A stretch of DNA of 64,000 nt, from NCBI GenBank assembly GCA_002269645.1, contig NIVC01000184.1:248001-312000 (forward strand). The letters run 5' to 3'. A program made the translations under genes and the position numbers. The stretch comes from Macrostomum lignano. Lineage: Eukaryota. The notes under the pieces were generated by a model that saw only the letters and a program-made list of their open reading frames with translations, was not told where the DNA came from and did not search any database. This document shows, one piece after another, positions 28,011-41,062 of this stretch. Numbering within the stretch: position 1 is the stretch's first letter; each line of letters starts with the position of its first letter.

Positions 28011-31000
28011 TTCTTCAATTAGCTACCAGATCCTCAATTAGCTACCAGATCCTCAATTAGCTACTAGATCCTCAATTAGCTACCAGATCCTCAATAAGCT
28101 ACCAGATCCTCAGTAAGCTACCAGATCTTCAATTAGCTACCAGATCCTCAATTAGCTACCAGATCCTCAATTAGCTACCAGATCCTCAATTAGCTACCAG
28201 ATCCTCAATTAGCTACCAGATCCTCAATTAGCTACTAGATCCTCAATTAGCTACCAGATCCTCAATAAGCTACCAGATCCTCAGTAAGCTACCAGATCCT
28301 CAGTAAGCTACCAGATCCTCAGTAAGCTACCAGATCCTCAATAAGCTACCAGATCCTCAGTAAGCTACCAGATCCTCAGTAAGCTACCAGATCCTCAGTA
28401 AGCTACCAGATCCTCAATAAGCTACCAGATCCTCTGTAAGCTACCAGATCCTCAGTAAGCTACCAGATCCTCAATTAGCTACCAGATCCTCAATAAGCTA
28501 CCAGATCCTCAGTAAGCTACCAGATCCTCAATAAGCTACCAGATCCTCTGTAAGCTACCAGATCCTCAGTAAGCTACCAGATCCTCAATTAGCTACCAGA
28601 TCCTCAATAAGCTACCAGATCCTCAGTAAGCTACCAGATCCTCAATTAGCTACCAGATCCTCAATTAGCTACCAGATCCCCCCAATGAGCTACCAGATCC
28701 CCCAAATGAGCTACCAGATCCCTCAATAAGCTACCAGATCCCGCAATAAGCTACCAGTTCCCCCAATAAGCTACCAGATCCCCCAATAAGCTACCAGATC
28801 CCGCAATAAGCTACCAGATCCCCCAATAAGCTACCAGATCCCGCAATAATCTACCAGATCCTCAATAAGCCACCAGATCCCACAATAAGCTACCAGATCC
28901 CGCAATAAGCTACCAGATCCTCAATTAGCTACCAGATCCCCAATAAGCTACCAGATCCCCAATAAGCTACCAGATTCTTCAATTAGCTACCAGATCCTCA
29001 ATTAGCTACTAGATCCTCAATTAGCTACTAGATCCTCAATAAGCTACCAGATCCTCAGTAAGCTACCAGATCTTCAATAAGCTACCAGATCCTCTGTAAG
29101 CTACCAGATCCTCAGTAAGCTACCAGATCCTCAGTAAGCTACCAGATCCTCAATTAGCTACCAGATCCTCAATAAGCTACCAGATCCTCAGTAAGCTACC
29201 AGATCCTCAATTAGCTACCAGATCCTCAATTAGCTACCAGATCCTCCCAATGAGCTACCAGATCCTCAATAAGCTACCAGATCCTCAGTAAGCTACCAGA
29301 TCCTCAATTAGCTACCAGATCCTCAATTAGCTACCAGATCCCCCCAATGAGCTACCAGATCCCCCAAATGAGCTACCAGATCCCTCAATAAGCCACCAGA
29401 TCCCGCAATAAGCTACCAGTTCCCCCAATTAGCTACCAGATCCTCAATTAGCTACCAGATCCTCAATTAGCTACTAGATCCTCAATTAGCTACCAGATCC
29501 TCAATAAGCTACCAGATCCTCAGTAAGCTACCAGATCCTCAATAAGCTACCAGATCCTCTGTAAGCTACCAGATCCTCAGTAAGCTACCAGATCCTCAAT
29601 TAGCTACCAGATCCTCAATAAGCTACCAGATCCTCAGTAAGCTACCAGATCCTCAATAAGCTACCAGATCCTCTGTAAGCTACCAGATCCTCAGTAAGCT
29701 ACCAGATCCTCAATTAGCTACCAGATCCTCAATAAGCTACCAGATCCTCAGTAAGCTACCAGATCCTCAATTAGCTACCAGATCCTCAATTAGCTACCAG
29801 ATCCCCCCAATGAGCTACCAGATCCCCCAAATGAGCTACCAGATCCCTCAATAAGCTACCAGATCCCGCAATAAGCTACCAGTTCCCCCAATAAGCTACC
29901 AGATCCCCCAATAAGCTACCAGATCCCGCAATAAGCTACCAGATCCCCCAATAAGCTACCAGATCCCGCAATAATCTACCAGATCCTCAATAAGCCACCA
30001 GATCCCACAATAAGCTACCAGATCCCGCAATAAGCTACCAGATCCTCAATTAGCTACCAGATCCCCCAATAAGCTACCAGATCCCCCAATAAGCTACCAG
30101 ATTCTTCAATTAGCTACCAGATCCTCAATTAGCTACTAGATCCTCAATTAGCTACTAGATCCTCAATAAGCTACCAGATCCTCAGTAAGCTACCAGATCT
30201 TCAATAAGCTACCAGATCCTCTGTAAGCTACCAGATCCTCAGTAAGCTACCAGATCCTCAGTAAGCTACCAGATCCTCAATTAGCTACCAGATCCTCAAT
30301 AAGCTACCAGATCCTCAGTAAGCTACCAGATCCTCAATTAGCTACCAGATCCTCAATTAGCTACCAGATCCTCCCAATGAGCTACCAGATCCCCCAAATG
30401 AGCTACCAGATCCCTCAATAAGCTACCAGATCCCGCAATAAGCTACCAGTTCCCCCATTAAGCTACCAGATCCCCCAATAAGCTACCAGATCCCGCAATA
30501 AGCTACCAGATCCTCAATAAGCTACCAGATCCCGCAATAAGCTACCAGATCCCGCAATAAGCTACCAGATCCCGCAATAAGCTACCAGATCCTCAATTAG
30601 CTACCAGATCCCCCAATAAGCTACCAGATCCCCCAATAAGCTACCAGATTCTTCAATTAGCTACCAGATCCTCAATTAGCTACTAGATCCTCAATTAGCT
30701 ACTAGATCCTCAATAAGCTACCAGATCCTCAGTAAGCTACCAGATCCTCAATAAGCTACCAGATCCTCTGTAAGCTACCAGATCCTCAGTAAGCTACCAG
30801 ATCCTCAATTAGCTACCAGATCCTCAATTAGCTACCAGATCCCCCAATGAGCTACCAGATCCCCCAAATGAGCTACCAGATCCCTCAATAAGCTACCAGA
30901 TCCCGCAATAAGCTACCAGTTCCCCCAATAAGCTACCAGATCCCCCAATAAGCTACCAGATCCCGCAATAAGCTACCAGATCCTCAATAAGCTACCAGAT

Positions 31001-31285
31001 CCCGCAATAAGCTACCAGATCCCGCAATAAGCTACCAGATCCCGCAATAAGCTACCAGATCCTCAATTAGCTACCAGATCCCCCAATAAGCTACCAGATC
31101 CCCCAATAAGCTACCAGATCCCCCAATAAGCTACCAGATCCCCAATAAGCTACCAGATCCCCCAATAAGCTACCAGATCCCCAATAAGCTACCAGTTCCC
31201 CCAATAAGCTACCAGATCCCCCAATAAGCTACCAGACACCTAATAAGCTACCAGATCCCCCAATAAGCTACCAGATCCTCAATGA
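28011..31285 (+). repeat. 19-bp tandem repeat AGCTACCAGATCCTCAATT (~170 units) filling USP intron 2
   Basis: Direct reading; higher-order blocks present. Confidence 0.97.
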
Positions 31286-31299
31286 GTTAATGAGCCTAA

Positions 31300-31638
<339 letters not shown>

Positions 31639-31699
31639 TGAGTAGCTATGTCAATGTCCTGGCATAGGGAATAGGTCGGCGTGGGTCTGCATCGTGCCA

Positions 31700-32165
31700 G
31701 CGTGGGTCTTCAGGGTGTCAGAGACAGAGTGAGTCTTCAGGGTGGCAGAGTTGGTCATCAGGGTTTCTGGAGTTGGTCATCAGGGTGCCAGAGTGGGTCT
31801 TCAGGGTGCCAGATTGGGTCTTCAGGGTGCCAGAGTAGGTCTTCAGGGTGCCAGAGTAGGTCTTCAGGGTGCCAGAGTAGGTCTTCAGGGTGCCAGAGTG
31901 GGTCTTCAGGGTGCCAGAGTAGGTCTTCAGGGTGCCAGAGTAGGTCTTCAGGGTGCCAGAGTAGGTCTTCAGGGTTCCAGAGTAGGTCTTCAGGGTGCCA
32001 GAGTGGGTCTTCAGGGTGCCAGAGTAGGTCTTCAGGGTGCCAGAGTAGGTCTTCAGGGTGCCAGAGTAGGTCTTCAGGGTGCCAGAGTAGATCTTCAGGG
32101 TGCCAGAGTAGGTCTTCAGGGTTTCTGCAGTGGGTCTTCAGGGTGTTAGAGGGTCTTCAGCTACC
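31700..32165 (+). repeat. 21-bp tandem repeat TCTTCAGGGTGCCAGAGTAGG in USP intron 3
   Basis: Direct reading. Confidence 0.95.
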
Positions 32166-32223
32166 CTACTCCTTCAGGGTCTTCAGCTACAGGGAAAATA
32201 ACCTGTCCCCAATCTCCCCCCAG

Positions 32224-32974
32224 GTGGAAATCCGAGCTCAACACAGATAATCCTCTCGGCATGCGAGGTGAAGTTGCCGCTGGCTACGGCCGGCTAATCT
32301 CGGACATGTGGTCCGGCCGCTATTCGAGCATCTCGCCGCGTCAGTTCAAGCAGACGCTGGGCAGATTCGCGCCTCAGTTCTCCGGTTTTCAACAGCAGGA
32401 CAGTCAGGAATTGATGGCCTTCCTGTTAGACGGCCTGCACGAAGACCTCAATAGGGTTCGAGCCAAGCCCTACGTTGAAGTGAAAGACGCCAATGGCAGG
32501 CCTGACCAAGTGGTTGCTACGGAGGCTTGGCGCGATTATAAATTGCGCAACGATTCAGCAATAGTGGACCTGTTTCATGGCCAGCTGAAGTCTACTTTGG
32601 TGTGTCCGGATCCCGGATGTGCAAAGATTAGCGTCACATTTGATCCGTTCTGTTATCTAAGCCTGCCGCTGCCTACAGACCGGTCCAAACAGTTAATCTA
32701 CCACCTGGTTCGTAGCGATCCTAATCTGCCTATAATCCGAGCTAAATTAGTACTACCCTACGAGGGTAGGATTAGCCAATTGTGCTCAGAGATTGCCAGG
32801 CAAATGAAATTGAAATCTGCCGATCGGCTGCTTGTTGCCGATGTTTATAAGAATCGATTCTATGGCGTGTTCTCTCATGAAGAATATTATAATAGCATTA
32901 ATTGCGGCAGGGATGTCATCTACGTGTACGAGCTTGATGCGCCTATTTATAGCCCCGATCATACTGTTGTTAAG
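32224..32974 (+). CDS. USP15: USP exon 4 (catalytic D1, UBL2)
   Basis: [15 protein letters not shown]; [23 protein letters not shown]; [12 protein letters not shown]; [12 protein letters not shown]; donor GTGAGT at 32975. Confidence 0.95.
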
Positions 32975-33134
32975 GTGAGTTCTGAATCACAATTACTCGT
33001 ATTTATCGGTGATTATTTAACTTGGGATTTCAAATATTCCCAAAATCATTTTTAAATCCCTATTAAAGTCCGGGACTTGATTTTAAATCTTTTAGCTTGA
33101 TCTGCTAATTATAGTCTGGTTGATTTAGTCCCTA

Positions 33135-33520
33135 CAAATCCCATAATTGCATTCCATTCTCCCTTAGATCCCACAAATGCATCCCATTCTCCCTTAGATC
33201 CCACAAATGCATCCCATCCTCCCTCAGATCCCATAAATGCATCCCATCCTCCCTTAGATCCCACAAATGCATCCCATTCTCCCTTAGATCCCACAAATGC
33301 ATCCCATCCTCCCTTAGATCCCACAAATGCATCCCATTCTCCCTTAGATCCCACAAATGCATCCCATCCTCCCTTAAATCCCACAAATGCATCCCATTAT
33401 CCCTTAGATCCCACAAATGCATCCCATCCTCCCTTAAATCCCACAAATGCATCCCATTATCCCTTAGATCCCACAAATGCATCCCATTATCCCTTAGATC
33501 CCACAAATACATCCCATTTA
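33135..33520 (+). repeat. 30-bp tandem repeat ATCCCACAAATGCATCCCATTCTCCCTTAG in USP intron 4
   Basis: Direct reading. Confidence 0.95.
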
Positions 33521-33601
33521 AAGTTTAGGATCTTCTTGTCGCCCAACCATTCTCTAAGTTCTCATGCAATGACCAATATCCTCACTAAATATTTTGCCCA
33601 G

Positions 33602-33759
33602 GTGTTCTTCAACACTACAGCCGACCGACTTGACAACTGCTTTGGCCTACCTGTGGTGTTCTCCGCACCCCACGAGGGACTCACCTACGAACGGCTCGTC
33701 GAAATGGTCACTAAAAAAGCCAGCAAATTGTTGAGCATTCGAAATGAACGCGGAGAATT
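33602..33759 (+). CDS. USP15: USP exon 5 (insert region)
   Basis: Acceptor ttttgcccag|; FGLPVV motif; donor GTGAGT at 33760 (phase 2). Confidence 0.8.
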
Positions 33760-33825
33760 GTGAGTAGTGTGAGCATTTCTGAGATATTCACAAAAAATAT
33801 ACAAAAAATAAAAATAAAACATATT

Positions 33826-34118
33826 CCCTGAAGCAGTCATGGGCAATTGAACAGAATTCCCCCTCAAGCAGTCATACACTATTGAACAGAATTCCCCCTG
33901 AAGCAGTCATACACTATTGAACAGAATTCCCCCTGAAGCAGTCATACACTATTGAACAGAATTCCCCCTGAAGCAGTCATACACTATTGAACAGAGTTCC
34001 CCCTGAAGCAGTCATACAATATTGAACAGAATTCCCCCTGAAGCAGTCATACACTATTGAACAGAATTCCCCCTGAAGCAGTCATACACTATTGAACAGA
34101 ATTCCCCCTGAAGCAGTC
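33826..34118 (+). repeat. 35-bp tandem repeat (8 copies of TTGAACAG|AATTCCCCCT) spanning the USP intron 5 acceptor
   Basis: Post-AG positions at 33855, 33890, 33925, 33960, 33995, 34030, 34065 and 34100. Confidence 0.95.
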
Positions 34119-34664
34119 CTGATATCGCGCACTAATTTCAGTCCCGTGTGGTGGGATCCAACCGACAATGATGAGGCATCCGACTGCCAGCCTCCGCCTC
34201 TATTTATCCTTCGCCGTACCAACACTAACCTGAGTTCAGAAGTGCAGATCCCGGATTCGCTTTTCAATAGCGATTCTTTGTCCAAGCCCAGGGATTTGTA
34301 CCTGGCCGCCAGGTTCTCGCCAGAGGCTAAGCGAGCCTGCTGTAACGAGTCAGCCGTGCTGCAGTACGAGCGCCACGAGTCTCTGCAGGCTTCTGCTAGC
34401 AATGCCAACAGGCGAACTCTGTCCGACTGTCTAAAGCTGTTCACTGCCGAGGAACAGCTGGGCAAGAAGGACGCCTGGCACTGTCCCAAGTGCAAGAAAT
34501 TCCAGTGCGCTACTAAAAAATTTGACATCTGGGCCTTGCCTAAAGTTCTCGTAGTGCATTTGAAACGTTTTCAATTCGACCGGATTTGTCGCAATAAAAT
34601 TGATAACGTCATCGAGTTCCCGCTGACTGGACTGGACATGGGAGCTTGGGCCATCAATCCTCAG
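34100..34664 (+). CDS. USP15: USP exon 6 (catalytic D2)
   Basis: TLSDCLKLFTAEEQLGKKDAWHCPKCKKFQCATKKFDIWALPKVLVVHLKRF; donor GTATGT at 34665. The start rests on the last of eight acceptors. Confidence 0.9.
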
Positions 34665-34729
34665 GTATGTGTGCACTGTGACGCTGTTCGTGCCTCTCAT
34701 TTGATTTGAACTTTTCCAAGCCCCTTGCC

Positions 34730-35600
34730 CAGTATTCCTCACCCTTCCCCTCTATCCCTCACCCTTCCCCTCTATCCCTCACCCTCCTCTCTATCCCTCA
34801 CCCTTCCCCTCTATCCCTCACCCTTCCCCTCTATCCCTCACCCTTCCCCTCTATCCCTCACCCTCCCCTCTATCCCTCACCCTCCCCTCTATCCCTCACC
34901 CTTCCCCTCTATCCCTCACCCTCCCCTCTATCCCTCACCCTTCCCCTCTATCCCTCACCCTTCCTCACTATCCCTCACCCTCCCCTCTATCCCTCACCCT
35001 CCCATCTATCCCTCACCCTCCCCTCTATCCCTCACCCTTCCCCTCTATCCTTCACCCTCCCCTCTATCCCTCACCCTTCCCCTCTATCCCTCACCCTTCC
35101 CTCTATCCCTCACCCTTCCCCTCTATCCCTCACCCTTCCCCTCTATCCCTCATCCTTCCCCTCTATCCTTCACCCTCCCCTCTATCCCTCACCCTCCCCT
35201 CTATCCCTCACCCTCCCCTCTATCCCTCACCCTCTCCTCTATCCCTCACCCTTCCCCTCTATCCTTCACCCTCCCCTCTATCCCTCACCCTCCCTCTATC
35301 CCTCACCCTCTCCTCTATCCCTCACCCTTCCCCTCTATCCTTCACCCTCCCCTCTATCCCTCACCCTCCCCTCTATCCCTCACCCTCCCCTCTATCCCTC
35401 ACCCTTCCCCTCTATCCTTCACTCTTCCCCTCTATCCCTCACCCTCCCCCTCTATCCCTCTTTTTCCCCTCTATCCCTCTCTTTCCCCTCTATCCCTCAC
35501 CCTCCCCCTCTATCCCTCTTTTTCCCCTCTATCCCTCTCTTTCCCCTCTATCCCTCACCCTCCCCCTCTATCCCTCTTTTTCCCCTCTATCCCTCTGTTA
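34730..35600 (+). repeat. Pyrimidine-rich 19-21-bp repeat CCCTCTATCCCTCACCCT(T)C in USP intron 6
   Basis: Direct reading; AG-free on the sense strand. Confidence 0.95.
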
Positions 35601-35733
35601 GCCTTTATCCATCTCTCTTCCCCTATCTGAGGGTTCCTCTCACTTCTCCGCATCTCCCTCCCGCTTCAATCCGTACGAGGAACCGTTCAATACTATAATT
35701 TCCAAGTCGCATGTTTTTTTAATTCCTCTCCAG

Positions 35734-36087
35734 CCGCAGGCGCCGGCCACCTACAGCCTAGTGTCAGTAGCCAATCACTTTGGCGGCCTTGGCGGTGGTC
35801 ACTACACAGCCTACGGCTTAAACTGTCGCGATCAACGCTGGTACGAATTCGACGATAGCATAGTAAGCCCGGCAGATCCTAGGAGTGTCGTTAGCGGAGC
35901 CGCTTACCTGCTCGTGTACGTTCGATCCGATCTGGTGCACCGATCTGGCGAATCTGTTGAATTGGACAGATTGACTCTGGCGCCTGCGGATCCTGATGAC
36001 CATGCTGATAACAATGGGAAACAGAGCTCGGATAGTAGCTGCACCTCCGACAGCGACGAGGAAGAGGACCTCATGGATGTCAGCTGA
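35734..36087 (+). CDS. USP15: USP exon 7 (His box, acidic tail, stop)
   Basis: YSLVSVANHFGGLGGGHYTAYG...WYEFDDS...AAYLLVYVR; TGA at 36085-36087; alternative in-frame acceptor at 35740. Confidence 0.93.
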   Translation, partial: PQAPATYSLVSVANHFGGLGGGHYTAYGLNCRDQRWYEFDDSIVSPADPRSVVSGAAYLLVYVRSDLVHRSGESVELDRLTLAPADPDDHADNNGKQSSDSSCTSDSDEEEDLMDVS

Positions 36088-36234
36088 CGGTTAATGTCAC
36101 GGCGACAACTGCAGAAATTTTTCTTATTGACAATTTTCCTACTCATAGTAGTGTGTCTGTTGTTCTATGCTCACGAATGCTTTGCTGCACTCTTGCTGTA
36201 GACTTCTTGTAGAGAGTCTAGCTAGCTATCTACC

Positions 36235-37310
36235 TGTGTATAGGGATATCTACCCATCAGTGACTGTCTATATAGGGATATCTACCTATCAGTGACTGTC
36301 TATATAGGGATATCTACCCATCAGTGACTGTCTATATAGGGATATCTACCCATCAGTGACTGTCTATATAGGGATATCTACCCATCAGTGACTGTCTATA
36401 TAGGGATATCTACCCATCAGTGACTCTCTATATAGGGATATCTACCCATCAGTGACTATCTGTATAGGGATATCTACCCATCAATGACTGTCTATATAGG
36501 GATTTCTACCTATCAGTGACTCTCTATATAGGGATATCTACCCATCAGTGTCTATCTGTATAGGGATATCTACCCATCAATGACTGTCTATATAGGGATA
36601 TCTACCCATCAGTGACTGTCTATATAGGGATATCTACCCATCAGTGACTCTCTATATAGGGATATCTACCCATCAGTGACTATCTGTATAGGGATATCTA
36701 CCCATCAATGACTGTCTATATAGGGATTTCTACCTATCAGTGACTCTCTATATAGGGATATCTACCCATCAGTGTCTATCTGTATAGGGATATCTACCCA
36801 TCAATGACTGTCTATATAGGGATATCTACCCATCAGTGACTATCTGTATAGGGATATCTACCCATCAATGACTGTCTATATAGGGATTTCTACCTATCAG
36901 TGACTCTCTATATAGGGATATCTACCCATCAGTGTCTATCTGTATAGGGATATCTACCCATCAATGACTGTCTATATAGGGATTTCTACCTATCAGTGAC
37001 TCTCTATATAGGGATATCTACCCATCAGTGACTCTCTATATAGGGATATCTACCCATCAGTGTCTATCTGTATAGGGATATCTACCCATCAGTGACTATC
37101 TATATAGGGATATCTACCCATCAGTGACTATCTATATAGGGATATCTACCCATCAGTGACTATCTATATAGGGATATCTACCCATCAGTGACTATCTATA
37201 TAGGGATATCTACCTATCAGTGACTCTGTATAGGGATATCTACCTATCAGTGACTCTGTATAGGGATATCTACCCATCAGTGACTCTTTACATAGGGTTA
37301 TCTACCCAGC
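36235..37310. repeat. 32-bp tandem repeat TATAGGGATATCTACCCATCAGTGACTGTCTA
   Basis: Direct reading. Confidence 0.95.
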
Positions 37311-37829
37311 AGTGGCTATAGGTGTATCAATCAGTGAGTATATGCTGCATACATATTACCGACCAAGTACTCCATACTTGACAAGGTCAACATCCTGATG
37401 TTATTTATAAGTTTTGCTTAAACAGTGTTAGTCAGACTTCAGACATGTAGAAAGGGTTTTATATAAACCTGGCTTTTCAATTGAGTTTTGTTATTATTAT
37501 TTAGCTAATTTTGTGCTTTGATAACGGCTTAACCAAGTAATCCGTTATCTTTTTCTCTAATACCCTTTCAAACCCCATTAAAGTTTCTGGCTAGTAGTAC
37601 TCTAGAGACCTGCTCCGATAGATGGAGCTGCCTTTCATTTTGACTCAACAACTGTTTTTTGGCCTAAAATATACATACAAATATATGCATCATAACTGCT
37701 GACCTTTCTTATCATCTCTTCTTTTAATTTCATTTTTTGGTTATGCGTTTGTCGTTAGATACTAAGTTTAAGTTTAACTGACCAGGAATTCTCTGAAAAT
37801 CAGCCTTTAATCATATAGAGTTTCTTAGA

Positions 37830-38722
37830 AAATTGATTTTCATCCACCTAGAGTTTCTTACAAAATTGACCTTGAAGCATCTAGAGTTTCTTAGAAAATT
37901 GCACTAAATTCACCTAGGGTTTCTTAGAAAATTACTCGTAATTGATCTAGAGTTTCTTAGAAAATCGCAATAAATTCATCTAGCGTTTCTTAGAAAATCA
38001 TAATTAATTCGTCTAGAGTTTCTTAGAAAATCATAATTAATTCATCTAGCGTTTCTTAGAAAATCATAATTAATTCATCTAGAGTTTCTTAGAAAATCAT
38101 AATTAATTGATCTAGAGTTTCTTAGAAAATCATAATTAATTCATCTAGAGTTTCTTAGAAAGTCATAATTAATTCATCTAGAGTTTCTTAGAAAATCATA
38201 ATTAATTCATCTAGAGTTTCTTAGAAAATCATAATTAATTCATCTAGAGTTTTTTAGAAAATCGCAATAAATTCATCTAGAGTTTCTTAGAAAATCATAA
38301 AAATTCATCTAGAGTTTCTTAGAAAGTCATAATTTATTCATGTAGAGTTTCTTAGAAAATCGCAATAAATTCATCTAGAGTTTCTTAGAAAATCATAATT
38401 AATTTATCTAGAATTTCTTAGAAAGTCATAATTAATTCATCTAGAGTTTCTTAGAATGTCATAATTAATTGATCTAGAGTTTCTTAGAAAATCATAATTA
38501 ATTCATCTAGAGTTTCTTAGAAAGTCATAAAAATTCATCTAGAGTTTCTTAGAAAGTCATAATTTATTCATGTAGAGTTTCTTAGAAAATCGCAATAAAT
38601 TCATCTAGAGTTTCTTAGAAAATCATAATTAATTTATCTAGAATTTCTTAGAAAGTCATAATTAATTCATCTAGAGTTTCTTAGAATGTCATAATTAATT
38701 CATCTAGAGTTTCTTAGAAAAT
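37830..38722. repeat. 33-bp AT-rich tandem repeat TCTAGAGTTTCTTAGAAAATCATAATTAATTCA
   Basis: Direct reading. Confidence 0.95.
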
Positions 38723-38797
38723 TGCCCTTAACCTGTTTCAAATTTCTTTAATTGCATGTCAATTCCCAGTGCAAATCAAGCTCAATTCCCAGTGCAA

Positions 38798-39094
38798 ATG
38801 GCAAGCGTACTAAGAAAATGCGCTGCACTTTTCGGCACAGCGGCAGCTTTTGGTGTCTATCGGTACTGCCAGCGCAGGTTAGAAGACGGTCACTCTCATC
38901 TGAGCGACGGCCTGAGGCTGCTGTGGGACTGGCCAGCCAGATGGAACAGCAACTGGGACGATGTTGGCACGGGTCTGGGCGGCATTGGCGGCATCCTGAG
39001 CCTGCTGAGGCAGAGAGGCTTGGTTGGGGCGGCGGCTGAGCAGTCACGGTTTAGTAGGCACCTGCTGCTGGTGCGGCATGCTCAGTATGAACAG
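38798..39094 (+). CDS. PGAM5: PGAM5 mitochondrial Ser/Thr phosphatase exon 1 of 3; model 38798-41062, 272 aa
   Basis: N-terminal anchor (AALFGTAAAFGVY), WNSNWD motif (WDxNWD-like), RHLLLVRHAQY catalytic motif; donor GTAGGT at 39095. An upstream in-frame ATG at 38756 is possible. Confidence 0.92.
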
Positions 39095-39139
39095 GTAGGT
39101 TTGCTTAGGTTCGGTTCAGTGTACGGATGCGTACAGTGT

Positions 39140-40205
39140 ACGTGTCAGTGAATTTCATGTGTTTTTATGTATATTCAGTGTCATGTAAGTTTCATGTGTT
39201 AATGTAATATGTACATTCCCGTGTCAGTAGGTTTCATGTGTGTTTATGTGCATTCCCGTGTCAGTAGATTTCATGTGTGTTTTATGTAAATTCCGTGTCT
39301 GTAGGTTTCATGTATGTTTATGTACATTCCGTGTCAGTAGGTTTCATGTATGTTTATGTACATTCCGTGTCAGTAGATTTCATGTGTGTTTATGTACATT
39401 TCCGTGTCAGTAGGTTTCATGTGTGTTTATTTACATTCCGTGTCTGTAGATTTAATGTGTGTTTATGTGCATTCCCGTGTCAGTAGATTTCATGTGTGTT
39501 TATGTACATTCCCGTGTCAGTAGGTTTCATGTATGTTTATGTACATTCCCGTGTCAGTAGATTTCATGTGTGTTTATGTACATTCCGTGTCAGTAGATTT
39601 CATGTATGTTTACGTACATTCCGTGTCAGTAGATTTCATGTGTGTTTATGTACATTCCGTGTCAGTAGATTTCATGTGTGTTTATGTAAATTCCGTGTCA
39701 GTAGATTTCATGTGTGTTTTATGTACATTCCGTGTCTGTAGGTTTCATGTATGTTTATGTACATTCCGTGTCAGTAGATTTCATGTGTGTTTATGTACAT
39801 TTCCGTGTCAGTAGGTTTCATGTGTGTTTATTTACATTCCGTGTCTGTAGATTTAATGTGTGTTTATGTGCATTCCCGTGTCAGTAGATTTCATGTGTGT
39901 TTATGTACATTCCCGTGTCAGTAGGTTTCATGTATGTTTATGTACATTCCCGTGTCAGTAGGTTTCATGTGTGTTTATGTACATTCCCGTGTCAGTAGGT
40001 TTCATGTGTGTTTTATGTACATTCCGTGTCAGTAGGTTTCATGTATGTTTATGTACATTCCGTGTCAGTAGATTTCATGTGTGTTTATGTACATTCCCGT
40101 GTCAGTAGGTTTCATGTGTGTTTATGTACATTCCGTGTCAGTAGATTTCATGTGTGTTTATGTACATTCCCGTGTCAGTATGTTTCATGTGTGTTTATGT
40201 ACATT
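39140..40205 (+). repeat. 36-37-bp tandem repeat TACATTCCGTGTCAGTAG(A/G)TTTCATGTGTGTTTATG in PGAM5 intron 1
   Basis: Direct reading. Confidence 0.95.
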
Positions 40206-40283
40206 CTGCATCAAGGCTGGGTTTCTGCAATCTGCACATACATTTCGTATTATCTCCATTGCATTTGCATTGCATCATCGCAG

Positions 40284-40513
40284 GAGTGCCTCACAGCGCT
40301 CGGCCGTGAGCAGGCCAGCCTCACCGGTCAGCGACTGCGCGAGCTGAATGTTCGTTTCCGAGCGCTCCGCTACTCAACCATGACTCGGGCGCGCGAGACC
40401 GCTGAGGCCATACTTAGGCACCTGCCGCAGGGCCTCGATGTGGAGCCCTGCCGACTGCTCGAGGAGGGTGCACCTGTGCCGCCCGAACCGCCAGCTGCCA
40501 ACTACCAGCCACC
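40284..40513 (+). CDS. PGAM5: PGAM5 exon 2
   Basis: LTALGREQASLTGQRL, YSTMTRARETA, LLEEGAP; donor GTAAGT at 40514 (phase 2). Confidence 0.93.
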
Positions 40514-40519
40514 GTAAGT

Positions 40520-40755
40520 TGTTGACCCATCTGTGACCTTGCTGACCCATCTCCGTGACCTTGCTGACCCATCTCTGTGACCTTGCTGACCCATATCCGT
40601 GACCTTGCTGACCCATCTCCGTGACCTACTGACCCATCTCCGTGACCCTACTGACCCATCTCCGTGACCCTACTGACTCATCTCTGTGAACCTACTGACT
40701 CAACCATGAACCATCCATGACTCATCCGTGACCCTACTGACTCATCCGTGACCCA
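40520..40755 (+). repeat. ~22-bp tandem repeat GCTGACCCATCTCCGTGACCTT in PGAM5 intron 2
   Basis: Direct reading. Confidence 0.9.
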
Positions 40756-40770
40756 TCCTCGCCATTCCAG

Positions 40771-41062
40771 CCCGGAGACTTTCACCCAGGACGGTCGCCG
40801 TATCGAGTCGGCATTCCGACGCTTCTTCCACCGCGCGGCGCCAGACCAGCAGTCTGACAGCTATGAACTGCTGGTCTGTCACGCGAACGTCATTCGCTAC
40901 TTTGTCTGTCGAGCTTTGCAACTTCCGCCGGAAGCTTGGCTCAGATTCAGCCTTGATCACGCTTCCATCACCTGGGTGACAATTCGACCCAGCGGTCGAG
41001 TGGCAGTCAGATACGTTGGCAACTCCGGCCACATACCTGCTGACAAATGCACCTACCTGTGA
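40771..41062 (+). CDS. PGAM5: PGAM5 exon 3
   Basis: [48 protein letters not shown]; TGA ends at 41062. Confidence 0.95.

Noticed and set aside
38747-38758. TTTAATTGCATG before the upstream PGAM5 ATG, resembling my recollection of a flatworm spliced-leader 3' end
   Set aside because: Only about 11 AT-rich nt with an indel, the rest of a leader is absent, and the gene retains introns so it is not a retrocopy.
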